Assembly (NCBI GenBank): GCA_048013815.1
Contig: CM106586.1
Coordinates: 7,750,001-7,814,000, forward strand
Direction of reading: 5' to 3'
Length of the DNA stretch: 64,000 bases
DNA from: Setoptus koraiensis
Lineage: Eukaryota > Animalia > Arthropoda
In this document: one piece after another, positions 1 to 12,872 of the stretch
Layout: the number at the start of each line of letters is the position of its first letter
Numbering within the stretch: position 1 is the first letter of the stretch
The notes under the pieces: generated by a model
Told to the model about the DNA's origin: nothing
The model's input: only the letters and a program-made list of their open reading frames with translations
Database searches by the model: none
Position numbers and translations under genes: made by a program

Positions 1-515
1 CGCCCGGCCGCCAGCTCGCCCCGCCAGCCGATCGCTACTTGCGACTCGCTAGGTGGCCGGCGCCCGAACCGGCGAGCGCCAGCGACTTTGTACTTTTTGC
101 ACGCGCCAGCCCGTGCCCGTCTCGTGCCGCTCGCGCCGCCCGCGCACCGCCCGAGTCCCGCTGGCCGAAGTTGGCGCGCGCACTTGCCAGCTACGAGCCG
201 GCGGCCAGCAAATGGCTGGCGGACAAAAAGAGTTTATTTATATGTGATTCATCTCATTGGCTCGTCCGGCTTGCGACGGCTCGTTTATTTGCCGCGTCGC
301 TGGCGAGCTAGTTGAGCGTTTCGAGTTTCTGGCCGCAGCCGCTGGCCCCCGCTTCCAGGGGCCCCGGCTCGCGGGCCGGAGCCTGGCAGCCGAGCGAGAG
401 TCTTGTTTCTGGCGCCAACTTAAGCGATCGTTTGGTCGCTTCGCGCACAAACCCGAGGCCGAGCGTCGCTGCTGTTGACTTGCGTCGATTCGCGCCCGTT
501 CGCGCCCGTTCGTGC

Positions 516-600
516 CGATTCCTATCGATTCCCGTCGATTCCTATCGATTCCCGTCGATTCCCGTCGATTCCCGCCGATTCCCGCCGATTCCCGTCGGTT
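516..600 (+). repeat. Tandem 10-mer (CGATTCCYRY) x8
   Basis: Visible period-10 repeat. Confidence 0.9.
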
Positions 601-2050
601 CGGCTCGGCTGGCTCCGATCGGGCGCAGTCCTTGGGGCCCGGCGTGGCGGCTTGCGCGATTCAATTGCGTTCTATTCAATTGAAACTAAACACTCGCCTC
701 GACCGTTCGCAACAGCCAGCGACGGCGAACGGGTGCCGGTTGACCCGACCAGACACCATTAGCGATCGCTTGTTAGTTGAGTCAGGGGCGACATTGGCGC
801 CCCTCGCTCACATTCAGCCGAGCAGCCGGCCCGGCCAGCGATCTATCTATCTATCCGTGTGTTTGCACGGGCTGACACTGTGTGGGCCTCGTTCAAACAA
901 TCAAGTCGCGCACCAGTTTGAAATTGCCAGTTTGCAATGAATGTTGGCCCCTCAAATGATTGATTTCTCTTAATGACCCGCAAGCGGCCGTCCGCCAGGC
1001 CCGGCGCTTAGGTCGGGCTAGATTAGGTCGGTGCGGCGCGGCTCGGCTCTGCTTTAAATAGCTCGGTTCGGCGCGGTGCGGCCACGCTCAGAGCGGGCCG
1101 GTTCGCAACAGTCACTGCTGAACAGTGTGCCGGCCCGGTGGGCCTGCCAATCGTCTAACCGGTGGCCCCCCTGTCTAAAATAACACCGAGCTGACAAGTG
1201 AGATCGCCCGTTTGATGCATTTGTTTGCCGAAAACACGGCGTCACTAAGGGGCGCGCTCGGACCGCGGGCAGCTGTTGTCGCGCACGGCCGTCGTGGGGC
1301 CCAATTTAAAACAAGTTGGCCCCCTATTTGTATACTTTTATTTATATACAAATATAAATAAAGTTGTTTGATGAATTAATCCGTGTTTGACCGGGCGCCT
1401 CAGTGAGCGGCTGCCGGACAGGCGGGCCCCACGAGCCGAGTGTTTTGGTGAGATCGGTTGGGCCGCACTAGCCACTGCCACTAATTAATGAGATCGGGGG
1501 CCCCATCGCGGCCCATGCAATGGTTTCATCACTCACTTACTGGTGCTGGCTGCTTGTTTAAGCGGCCTATTATTAGGCCGGCGTGACATGCCATGGATAG
1601 GGCCACCCAACTAGTGATAGTACTAATGGTGCCCGCGACTAATAGAGTCTAGCCGCGCCGCTGCCAATATCGCCGGGCCCCAGCCAGTTCCGCCCCTCGC
1701 GCGGTCATTATGAATAATGATAAATAGATGGACTCACTTAGGGCCACGCGCACCCGCCGGGCATTGCGTAATGCGGCGGCACCCGCCGTTGCGTAATGCC
1801 GGCTGTATTGGTAGCATCGGTGACCGGTGCTGACCATAGCGGACGGTATCACTGCATACTATGCGGTGCATGAGCGTGCAGTGGCCGCGGTCGCTATGCA
1901 CCGAGCCGAGCCGCGCCGCGCACAACTGTCCGGCCAATCGGCGCTCGCCCGTTCGGTGTCCGGCGGCCCAGACAGCGCGCCAGATATCGGATACGCGGAC
2001 AGCGGCGGGTAACATGATCCGCTTATTGAGAGAGTTGGCGAGAGCGACAA

Positions 2051-2154
2051 CAGCGCCCCAAAACAGCGCCCCAAAACAGCGCCCCAAAACAGCGCCCCCA
2101 AAACAGGGCCCCAACAGCAGCGCCCCCACAGCAGCGCCCCACATAGACACACAG

Positions 2155-2188
<34 letters not shown>
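2051..2188 (+). repeat. Tandem 13-mer (CAGCGCCCCAAAA) array followed by a (GA)n microsatellite
   Basis: Direct inspection. Confidence 0.85.
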
Positions 2189-2192
<4 letters not shown>

Positions 2193-4320
2193 CAAAAGAA
2201 ATGATTGGCTGGAATGATGCAATAATATGGCTACTTGTTTGGCGGTTTGCACGAACAGAGGTCATCAGCATCGCTCATAAATGAGCGTGTTGTGTCTTGG
2301 CTTGTGTTATATAATATTGGCCGGTTATATAATATAAATATACTCTTATATAATACACTGGCGTATATATAAAGTGCGCGCAAGCGTCATTATGTCGCCC
2401 GGCCGCATTATCCGGCCGACGGGATCGAGTTGATTCACGCAATTCGAGTGAGTGGCCAACGACGCCGGCTAGACAACAAATCATGCGACTGATGCGCCCG
2501 CTGATATATCCGCTGGCCACTAATAGCGACCAATATCGCCGGCCGCGCCGGCCGCGACATGATATATATATATAACTGAGTCACTGCGCCCGTTGCTTGG
2601 GCGCCGTCCGGCCGTTTGGGCGCCGTTTGCCGGCTCGGGGCCGTCGTGCGGCCGTCGCCAAGATGCAGATTGCTGGCCGTTGTCGCTGGCCCGTTGTCGC
2701 TGACGTTGTCGCTGGCGTTGTTGTGGTGGCCGTTGCGTAATAGCGGATAAAATAATAATAAAACGAGCCGAAACAAGCGCGGCGAGAATGAGCGACCGCC
2801 AATCCCTGTCTAAACTGGTCTCGTCATCGCCGCTGGCCGCAATGGCCGGCAATAATAATAATCATGGTCGTGATATCAAATTCCATTGTTTCACTGCCGC
2901 TGCCGCTATTGTTGTGCAAATTGTTGTGCCGGCCCGCGTCGTGGCACCGCTCGCCGCGGCCGGCTCGGTGGCGGCCCGCCACTGGCCGCCACCGAGCCGG
3001 CCGGTCGCGGACAAAACAACGGCCTGTTGTCCCGACGGCGGCTCGGGCCGGGCAAAAGCAGAGGGAAAGTGCGCCGAAAGCGGGCCGAAAGCGGGCCCAA
3101 AGTAGAGGATGTGTTTGGTTGTTTGCGGAGGTCGGGCGAGCGCGGCCGCAAACTATTAGCCGGCTCTATTAATAATAGAGGCCCCAACAAACACTAATGG
3201 ATGTAGAAAGAGTAAACTAATCACGGCCGAGGCTCTCCAGCGAGTCTCGAGCCGCAAGCGAATCTCGGGCTGCAAGCGACTCGCCGGCCCCACTATTTGC
3301 CAGTCGGGGCCGCATGTGGGCGCCTGGCCACAATTGTCTTGGCACAATTGCCTTGGCTTGCTTGCATTTTGTCGTCAAACAAACAAGCCAACAAACGACG
3401 ACGTTTGCCGACGACAAAATAAATCTCGGCGCAGCTATATTTCTGGGCGATATTTCTCTGTCTTGTGGCTCCCATTTCTAGAGCTATTAGAGACGCACTG
3501 AACTCTCACTGTGTCTGCCAGAGAGTCTCTGGTAACCGTTAGAGATGCGCCGCAGATCTATTAGCGATCTATTAGCGGGGGAGCCGCTTGAGGCGCAACA
3601 CAATGCAACAAACTGACCGTGCAACGATCTGGCTCGAATCTGTGGCAGCCGGAAGTCGCACTAAGACCCGCACCGCTCACTGGCCAGCGCAAGCGATTCA
3701 AGGAGCCCGAACAAGCCGAAGCGTGCAAAGAATCCGCAAAGACCACAGAGTCCGCATAGTGCGACCATTGCGCAGCCACGAATCCGGTGAATCGGACAAA
3801 CCGCATTCGGCGTCAATGGGCGCCCACGCAGCGTACTGTTAATAACTGTTATTAACAGGTGACGCAAGCCTCGATCAGCTGATCGGGGCAGCGAGCCAGT
3901 GACAGTTGTGGGCACCAATCAGCAATCAGGCGCCCCAAGTTGAATTTGAACGATTGTCAAGTGCGCTGTCTAGTCAGTGATTTAATGATCAGCGCCCCCG
4001 CTAACAAGCGAGTGTATTAAGCAACGGAGTCGTCAAGGTGAAGTTGTTTGCGTTTGGGGCGAGTATTATGCAAATTGACTTGCCATATTAGTGGTGTGTG
4101 GCATGCAAACAAGGTGCAAACGGGGCCCGGCGCGTTGATGAGCAGTCAAGTTGAGCTGAGCTTGCAATCAAGGCAAAGTTTGCCCCGCGGTCCGCGCGGA
4201 TTATCCGCGAGCTTAGCAAGCTCGCGACGGTTGCTAGTTGCTGGCGTGTCGTGCCAACCGTTTGAGCCCGTTTAGACCGCGAGTCGCGACAAAATGCACG
4301 CAGTTCTGGGGCAAACATCG

Positions 4321-4402
4321 GGCCGACTTTGGGCCGACTTTGGGCCGACTCTGGGCCGACTCTGGGCCGACTCTGGGCCGACTCTGGGCCGACTCTGGGC
4401 CG
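4321..4402 (+). repeat. Tandem 11-mer (GGCCGACTYTG) x7
   Basis: Direct inspection. Confidence 0.95.
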
Positions 4403-6334
4403 GCTTTGGAGGGGGGCGCATTTTTAGATTAGGTCACGAGAGATGACGCTCTGTCGGTTTGTGTCGCGAGCTCGGGCCGTATGAGGGCGCACAGATACCG
4501 CAACAGACCGCAATGGAGCATTCCCGATAGCGCACACAAACAAATTAAATTTGCAACAACAGCAACAACAACAGCAACAACAACAACGGCAACAACAACA
4601 TCGGCAACAACAACAACGGCAACAACAGCGCCGCCGCGGATAAGATTGCCGGATAGGATTTAGTTAATGCATTGCAGTGGAGGGGCGCTGCGCGTGTCAC
4701 CGTGCTCATTGGCGGCACGAGTAACGGATTGAAGCACGGACCAAAACAAAGGACGACATAACAGGTGAACGTTGCGTAATGTCGGGTGATTATTGTCACT
4801 AATACACGCCGTCGTTGTCGGTGTTGTTGTTGTCGGTGTTGCTGTTGTTGTTGTCGTTGTTTTTGCTGTTGTTGTCGTTGTCGGCTGGCACCGATAACAA
4901 CGCCGGCAACCAGCAACGACAACAGCAACGACAACAACAACGACGACAGCAACGACAACAACGACAACAGCGACGGCACTAGGCTAATGCCTGGTGCGAA
5001 TGCATTGCAGAGTCGGGGACCGGAGTAATGTCAACTTGCAGCCTAATAGCGAGCCACAATTGATAGGCAAATTAGTCGCAAACTTTGCGGCCCCAAAATT
5101 CGGCCCGAATTTACAGACGCCTGGAGCACACGCGATGAGCCAGCACAATACTCTGACACTCGGCAAGCCAATGGTGTCAAGCTCATGGGGCCCCAAATAT
5201 TCAATGAGCAGTGGAGACAGTGCAAACGCAGCACAAGTTGCAATGAGAATTCAATTTGTGTGTATGTTTAAAAAACAACAGCCAGCCAGCCGGGCCGGCA
5301 AGAAGATAGCGAGCGAGCGGGGGGGGGGGCGAAAGATATTTAGACTGGACTAGAAACAGCGAGTGGCAGCATAACTCAGCCCCCTTATCATTGTGCCAAT
5401 GTTGCATAATTGAATCACCATTACACACACACTCGGCAGCGCCCGCCAACTGACTCGCTAAGCAGCTGATCGTTCGTTTTGGGCCGCTCAATGTGCACCC
5501 CAAAAGCCGCGCTTTGCGCCGGCTCACCTGTTCGCTGGGGCCCCATTGTTGTGTTGGGGCCCGCAACTTGGGGGCGAGATCGATTGCGGCCATGGCCAAC
5601 GGCAGCAAACAACGACGCCAACAACAACAGCGCCACCACAAACAACGCCAACAACAGCAACAGCGTTCGCCCGGCGCCGGGGCCCCAGTGATTATGTTTC
5701 GCTGGCGAAAAAGCTGGGCCCAATTGCTCAAAATGGCGCCTCGTTGGATCTTGATGAATAATGATTATAATCGTCGTTCGCACGCAGCCTATTCGTTGTT
5801 TGCGCGCCGTTGATGTCACTGATTCTCTGGACTCTGGCCGCTGGCCGCCAGCCGGCAACGGTTTGGGCGCAGCCACATTTGCAGTCGGCGCCACACTCTG
5901 GCTCGCTCGCCAACGGGCCCCAGCTCGCCAACGGGCCCCGGCTCGCCAACGTGGCCAGTGGAGCCGGTTGCGCCACGCAGCCGGCAGCGGCCCCAGAGAG
6001 ATAAATGAAATCGGCTCTATTATCATTATCATTTGCTTGCCCGTGCCGCTGCCGCGTCCGTCTGGCGCAGGTCGCCTCAATTCAGCGCCGCTCGTCCGGC
6101 TCGCTCAGCTCGCTCGGCCAGAGCTCGGCTGGCAGCGGGGGCCGAGCCGCGGCCGGCCGGCGGCCCTGACGACGACGCCCACATTACATGCGACTGAATT
6201 GTATTATTGCTATTGCGACGATTGTGTGCCACGAGCAAACTGTCTCTGGCCGGCCATATATATGTATAAATAAATATGTGGGGGATATCTCGCCGCGTGG
6301 GGGGAGGGGGGGCATATATCCGCTGTTGTGTCGT

Positions 6335-6400
6335 CCGCGTGCAGTTTTATCCGCAGTCCGCGTGCAGTTTTATCCGCAGTCCGCGTGCAGTTTTATCCGC
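6335..6400 (+). repeat. Tandem 23-mer (CCGCGTGCAGTTTTATCCGCAGT) x~3
   Basis: Direct inspection. Confidence 0.95.
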
Positions 6401-9400
6401 ACAGAGCCTGTTCCGCGGGGCCCGTCGCGTCGTGTGTGGGGCGGCCTCGCTCGCCGCGCACTGCTCATTTGGCGCGCCACAGTCTCTGGCCCAGAGATAT
6501 TGTGCGCTCTGGCGAGTAGACCGTTCCAGTGCAAGCGAGCGGGGCCCAAACAAGAGACAAACAAACAAACAAACAAAGAGATCCGCTGGCCGTCGCTGGT
6601 CCATTGGACGCTAACGCATGAAAGATGATTGGATGATGAAAGATGGATTTGATATTATTTGTGCAGCTCGCCAGACGCTGCCCGCTGCCTGCGCCCGCCA
6701 TCTTGGGCCCCACTGTCAGACGGGGCCCCAACCGACTGCTGACAGGGCCGCCAGTGCAGCAGACAGTGACCGGATAATGTGTGTGCCTAGTTGAATTACA
6801 AGTGCGCCCCGCAAAATTCCCGTTGCCCAAAGTTGCCCAACATTGCTCAATATCGCCCAATATCGGCCAATATCGCCCAGTATTGCGCACTTTGGCGAGC
6901 CATCGCGGGCCATTGCGGACTCTTGTGGGCCATTGCGGGCTCTTGCGGGCCGAGCGGCGCAAAGGAGGCCGCAAAGAGGGGCCCCGAACCATGCAAACGC
7001 TAACGACCACGAGACCATGCGGCCCGTCTATCTATCAACTCTAATTACATCTACTCTTCTGGGCCCGTCCCGAAGAGCTCTCTGTGTTGCTGGCGAGAAG
7101 TTTTTGCCCAATTTCGTGCCACCGAATTGGCAAAAAACTGCAAAAAGCTCGCCGGCCCGGCCCCGCCAGCTTTCGTGCGAGCGGGCGACGTATAGAGCGG
7201 GCCCAACGGGTTGCGCGGCCCGCTCTACATGTTAACAACAATATTCCATCATGCCCGCCCGGGCACAATCCTCTAGCCGGCCCGAGCACAACACTCTAGC
7301 CGGCCCGAACAAAGTTATTTTTCACGTGCCAATATGCGCCCATGTGCGCCCGCTTTTTGCAGAGCGCGGCGCGGCGCGCAAGCCGGCACGCGAACCCGCC
7401 ACAGCCAGACCAAACGGCGCCCCAATACGAAGGGGCCTGAATAATTTATTAGGCAATCATTGATATGAATTTGTGTCGGCAATGCGCGGCGCCAATTTGT
7501 CAATGTGTGGGTGTGTGTGTGCATAACAAAGGCGCGTAACAGAAGGCGAAAACTTGACGCCTCAGCTCATCAATGGGGCCACTTTGGCGGGGGCGACAAG
7601 TTTCTTGGCGAGCCTTTTGGGGCCGGCAGCCAGTGTGGCGCCAGACGCGCTCTGGCGGGCGGGCTGCGAGTGACACGCGCATCTGGCGCCCAGCTCTAAC
7701 AAAGTCATAGGGCGAGCCGGGCGAAACGTTGGAAAACTTGGAAAAATTGAAAGGCGACAATTACTGTTGTCGGGCTGTTATTATCGGCCCGTGCGCCGCA
7801 TTGTCGGCCGAATCATCCGCCGAATCTTAGGCCGAGTTATCGGCCGAGTCGCCGGCGCGAAATTGGAGAGAACGCGTCGCATCGACTTGCCAGCAGAGGG
7901 GCCCCATTCGACATACATGAGCACGCCGGCGCGACAAGTCGCGCAACCCTCGCGGTACCCCGGCGATAATTGTTTCGGTCGTGACAATAGGTCACGGGGT
8001 CGCGCATACGCACACTGCGCCGGCAACAATGGGGCCCGCCGAGACACTTGTAAGAATGTGCTCACTGGCCGCCCGACTGGGCCCCTCGCCTGCGGTGGGC
8101 TCGGCTGGTTGGGCGCGCCGAGTCGATCGTTCCAATCGACCGTCGCCCGGCGCGCCAGACGCTCCGAGTTCGGGCCGCTCGGGCCAGCGTGGAGCCAGCA
8201 TCGGGTCAGAACAACAAGACGGACAAACAACGAGACGGACAAACGACGAGACGGACAAACAACAAGACATGGACAGCGGGCGTGAGAGTCGGGCCGCGCC
8301 GTCGCTGATCCGACTAATCGCGCGGCGCTGATCCGGCCAATTGGGGCGCTGATCCGGCCAATCGCGGCCGGATCACGGCCGGCGCGCGACCGCCACGGGC
8401 CCAATTGTTTGGCGAGGCCTGGCAATGATTTGATCGATTGGCCGGGCCTTGTAATGATCGATCATCGGGCATTACCGTGGCATTGTGTTGTTGGCCGACG
8501 CCAACTGGACAATTTGTGTTTGGGGCCGCCTGGCCGGTCAGCCAGCGTATTGCCGTGGTGTTGTTTCGTCGGGCCGGCAATCAGCGACAAATCACGGCCG
8601 GGCCGGGCCGGGCCGCACCGCACCAAGTGCAAGCGGTAGTTGGCCGCTTGCACTCGGTGCACTTGGCGGGCACTTGCATCGGCACGCAGCACTAATACCG
8701 ACGTCATACCCGTGACCGGCGGGCTCCAGTTTCGTCCGTCATTGTCGTGAGTCGTTTGTGACATGGGCACGTATTACGCAATAATCCCCCCGGCTTGCGT
8801 AATACGTAATGCGTTGTTGTTGTTTGTTATGTAGCCGCCCGCTCGAATGTTGTTGTCGCTGTTGTTGTTGTTGTTGCTGCTGATGATGTTGTTGTTGTTG
8901 CTGTCGCGGTGGCCGCTGCCGGGCCCCGCTCGCAAATCCGGCCTCTCCTCGTGTCAATCGTTTGTCGAGATTTGCACACACACACACACACTAAACTATC
9001 GACTTGCACTCACATATCGGCGCCGGTGGGTGCATGGGGCCCCACTCGCGATTTCGACATGGCGAATTTAAAAACTGACATAGCCACAGTCCAGTGCAGC
9101 CGCCCGCCGCAGAGCCCATGAGCGGCCCACTTAGCGGGCCGGCCGGCTTGCACAGCTCGCTGGCCCCTCGGAGGGGGCGCCCTCGCCAAAGTGGGAGCGC
9201 GCTCAGCCGAGCACGCGATCGCTGCGGCGCCGGACAGCGGCACCGGACAGCAGCATCGGACAGCAACCGCTGGGAGATGGGAGAGACGAGGGAGCGGGGG
9301 AGAGAAAGGGTGCCTCGGAACTTCCGAGTCAGAGGAACGGCAAGGGGGGGGGAGGCGAAAGATTGCTTGCGATTGTTTATTCGTGAATAAAGAGGCGATC

Positions 9401-9835
9401 ATTCTTTTTTGTATTTGTGTTTCGTCAGAAACACACACACACATCGAGATTACTGACAATCGATTGTGCGCTGCGGCTGTGGCCCCCCAATAATGGGGCC
9501 CTGCCGCATAATGGCGCCACGAGCGAGCGGATCCCGCGCAAGTAGCGAGTCGCAACGGGCTGTGGGGCCCCTCGCAATAACGCAGTTGCCTGATTGACTT
9601 TGTGATGGGGCCAGCTGACAACAATCGGTGCGCGGGCGAGCTCGGCCAATCGACTCGTGGGGCGCCCCCGCTAGCACGCCTCATATTTACACTGGCCGCA
9701 TATCGGCGCATATCGCCACATTGAGCCGCATTTAGCCGCATTCAGCCGCATGTCGGCGCATATATCGCCGGTTGCGCGATGCTGCGATCTGGCCAGATTC
9801 TCAGTTTTCCCGGAATCGGCAGCGGCAGCGGCAGC

Positions 9836-9868
<33 letters not shown>

Positions 9869-12717
9869 GGCGCGCAATATGTTGGCCCAGGGCTAGTGCT
9901 GGCGCGCTGTCGGCAACTTTTCAATGTTTGCGCCCGCCATTCGAAAGCCATTTTAAAATGGGGCCAAACGGGGCCCGCTTCGAGCGTGACACGCAGCCGA
10001 TTGTCGAGAGTGCCGATTGTTGGCCCTCTGCCGGCCGGGCGACAGCGGCGCCAATATTATTATCTCGCCATCTTTTCATCTTGCCATCCTTTAGGCGGCC
10101 ATTGTTTGTCGGCCGGGCCGGGCCGCGAGCCAGCCAAGTGACACAAGTCGGCGCCGAGTTCACTAGAATCCGGCGACTAGACTAAAATCTGGCGGCGACT
10201 AGATTGGCCCGAGTGACTCGGGCCGAGTCGCGAGCGCAAAACATCAACCGCTCGGCAGCTGGGCCAACTGCACGGATATATAGATATCATCTATGCAAAG
10301 GCGGATACGCGCCGAGCGCGCGCGCGCGGACCCGCGCCACACAAATGGGGATCGGGCGGCGTGCGAAAATCGCGGCCGCTCTCGACGGTCGACAATCTGA
10401 ACGTTTGGCGCTCGCTTTGTAATGAGCATTTTTTTAAATGGTTCATGCCTTAAATGGCGCAACATTAACTCTGGCTGGCTGGCCCCTCGCTGGCTGTTTG
10501 GCTGTTGGCGTTCGCGTTCGCGGCCGCGGCCGCGTGTGATAAGCATCTCATCATGCCTGATTAACATGCCATCATCTGTTTGCGGGCCCTACTTATAGGT
10601 TGCGCGCATCGCCGTTCGCCGGGTATTCGCCGTTCGCTGGGTATTGGCGGCCCGCGACGGCGTGCGTGTGCCCGCGCGATAAAAAGCCTCATGTGCGCGC
10701 AAAAGCCGGGCTGCGGCCCGGCCGGCCCGCGGACAGTGCGGTCGGCGCAGCAGCGCCGCGACCAGCGGGCCGAGCCCGGCCGACGGAACGGGACGAGCCG
10801 AGCGGGACGAGCCGAGAGCCCGAGCGGAGCGAGATGAGAGTATGAATGGCATGTTTACATGCCGATTGCGAATGGCTACAACCAATGGCTGTCACGTTAC
10901 ATAACAGCGCGGCCCCACAACAATGTTGTGCGGCCATCGGTTATTGCTGGCACTTACGAGTGTACGCGCCATTGCAACCGGCGCCCGGTCGCTTAAACAA
11001 GCCGCGACGGGCGCCAGCCCCGACAATGGGCCAGCCTATTAACTAATCCTTTTGTTCCTCTAATTTGCATAGCCGTCGCTGCATCGCCAGCGTCGCTGCA
11101 ACGCACAAGCTGCCACTGCAACGGATAAATGCGCCGCCACGGATATGCGAGACGGATAAGCCGGGCGCTGCATTGGTTATGTGAGCCGTTGCGCTGTTAT
11201 GTAAGTCAAGCGACCAATGACGACTAACTAACTATCGCGGCCTAACTAATTCGTCAGTGTCGCTAGTTACTTGTTTTGTTGCGCTGCCAATGGCTGCTTA
11301 ATGTGGCTAGAGCGCCAATGTCGCTAGGCGCTGTCGGTTTACAGCGACAGCGCCCAGCCATTTGGCGCGCCCCCTACGCGCCCTATGCGCCCCATGTGCC
11401 CCCCGTGCGTAGACTGGCTATGCGCTGGCACGACAAACCGCGACCATCTTGCCGGCGAACAACCGGCAACAGCGCTCACAGAGAGAGAGCGGCCCAAAAA
11501 TAAATAAACGAATATTACAACAACAACGACAACAACGACAACAACGACAACAACGGCGCCCACTAACAACTGCAACTAACGACTGCAGCCGCGACAACAA
11601 AAGCGGCCAGAGCGTGGAAACATTACGCAACACAACATGTAATAATAACAGACACGTCTCTTATGTAATGCCCAATATCTCTTGCCGGGCTGACGCAACT
11701 GCGCCCAGTTGGCATTGAACCCAGTTGGCAGCGACTGTGTGTCGAAACGAGACGCCGTTGCCGCCGCCGCCGACGACGACAACAGCCCGCGACAACCAAC
11801 AACAACCTACAGCCGACAACAACCGACAACAGCCAGCAACAACCGACAGCAGCCAACAACAACCGACAACAGCCGACAACTACCGGCAACAACCGGCGAC
11901 AACCGGCAACAACAACCGGCGACAACAACCGACGACAACAACCGGCGACAGCGCCAAAGAAACTGGCAAGAATCTGGGCGCCATTGCAGACGACGCGACG
12001 CCCAGATCGCATGCGAGATCCCCGTGCGCTGCCCATTGTGTTGTGAATTTTATTGTATTTTATTTCGCTTTTTGGGGCGCTGTCTGCACGTCCGTCGCCC
12101 TCTGTCTATTTGTCTGTGTGCGCCTGGCGGCGACCCACTGGCAAGTCGCCCGCGCGCCCGCCCGCCAGCCAGCGGACCCGCCAACGGACCCGGCAGCGGA
12201 CTGGCCGCCTGCAGACGCCGGCCGGGCCAAACAATTGCGCGCACTGCATATATTGTTGTATGTATATATTGTTGTTATATATGTTTGTGTGCCGCGCCAT
12301 GTATACAAACAGTGAATGGGGCCCGGCGCGTATATGCACATTCGCGACTCGCCGTTCGCGACTTGCCGTTCGCGACTCGCCGTTCGCGACAAGTGCTGGC
12401 AGCCGATGTGTTGTTGTTGTTAATTTAATGCCAACTTGATACTTATTGTGCGCGCCCGCAATTGTTTCGCAAAGTCTGGCCGGCCGACGGCGTTCGCGAC
12501 TCGCCAGCGCGACCCTAGGTACCCGGCGCGCAGCGTGTTGCTCACACAACAGTTGTCGTGCGCTGTCGTGTCCTGTTGTGCGCCGTCGTGTGCAAATAGG
12601 CACAGCGCGCATAGGGCCAACGCATGCATACAATGGCTCATCGTCGCGAATGAGCGCGCCAACAGGAACTGTGCGTGCAGTTGCATTGTCGCCGGTGTTG
12701 CGTGGGGCGCCCACGCA

Positions 12718-12872
12718 ACAGCAACCACCACGAGCTCGCCAACAACAACAGCAACAACAACAGCAACAACAACAGCAACAACAACAGCAACGACGACGAC
12801 GACAGCGCCAGCAACGACAACAGCGACAACAACGACAACAACAACAACGGCAACAAGGACAGCGACAACGTC
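12718..12872 (+). repeat. Degenerate (CAA/CAG/CGA)n trinucleotide tract, apparently non-coding
   Basis: Low-complexity run; similar tracts at 4555-4630, 4810-4977, 11515-11555 and 11790-11950. Confidence 0.85.

Noticed and set aside
4984-5196. Minus-strand WLIA resembling the SK pore-helix exon
   Set aside because: The match stops after four residues and no selectivity-filter sequence follows.
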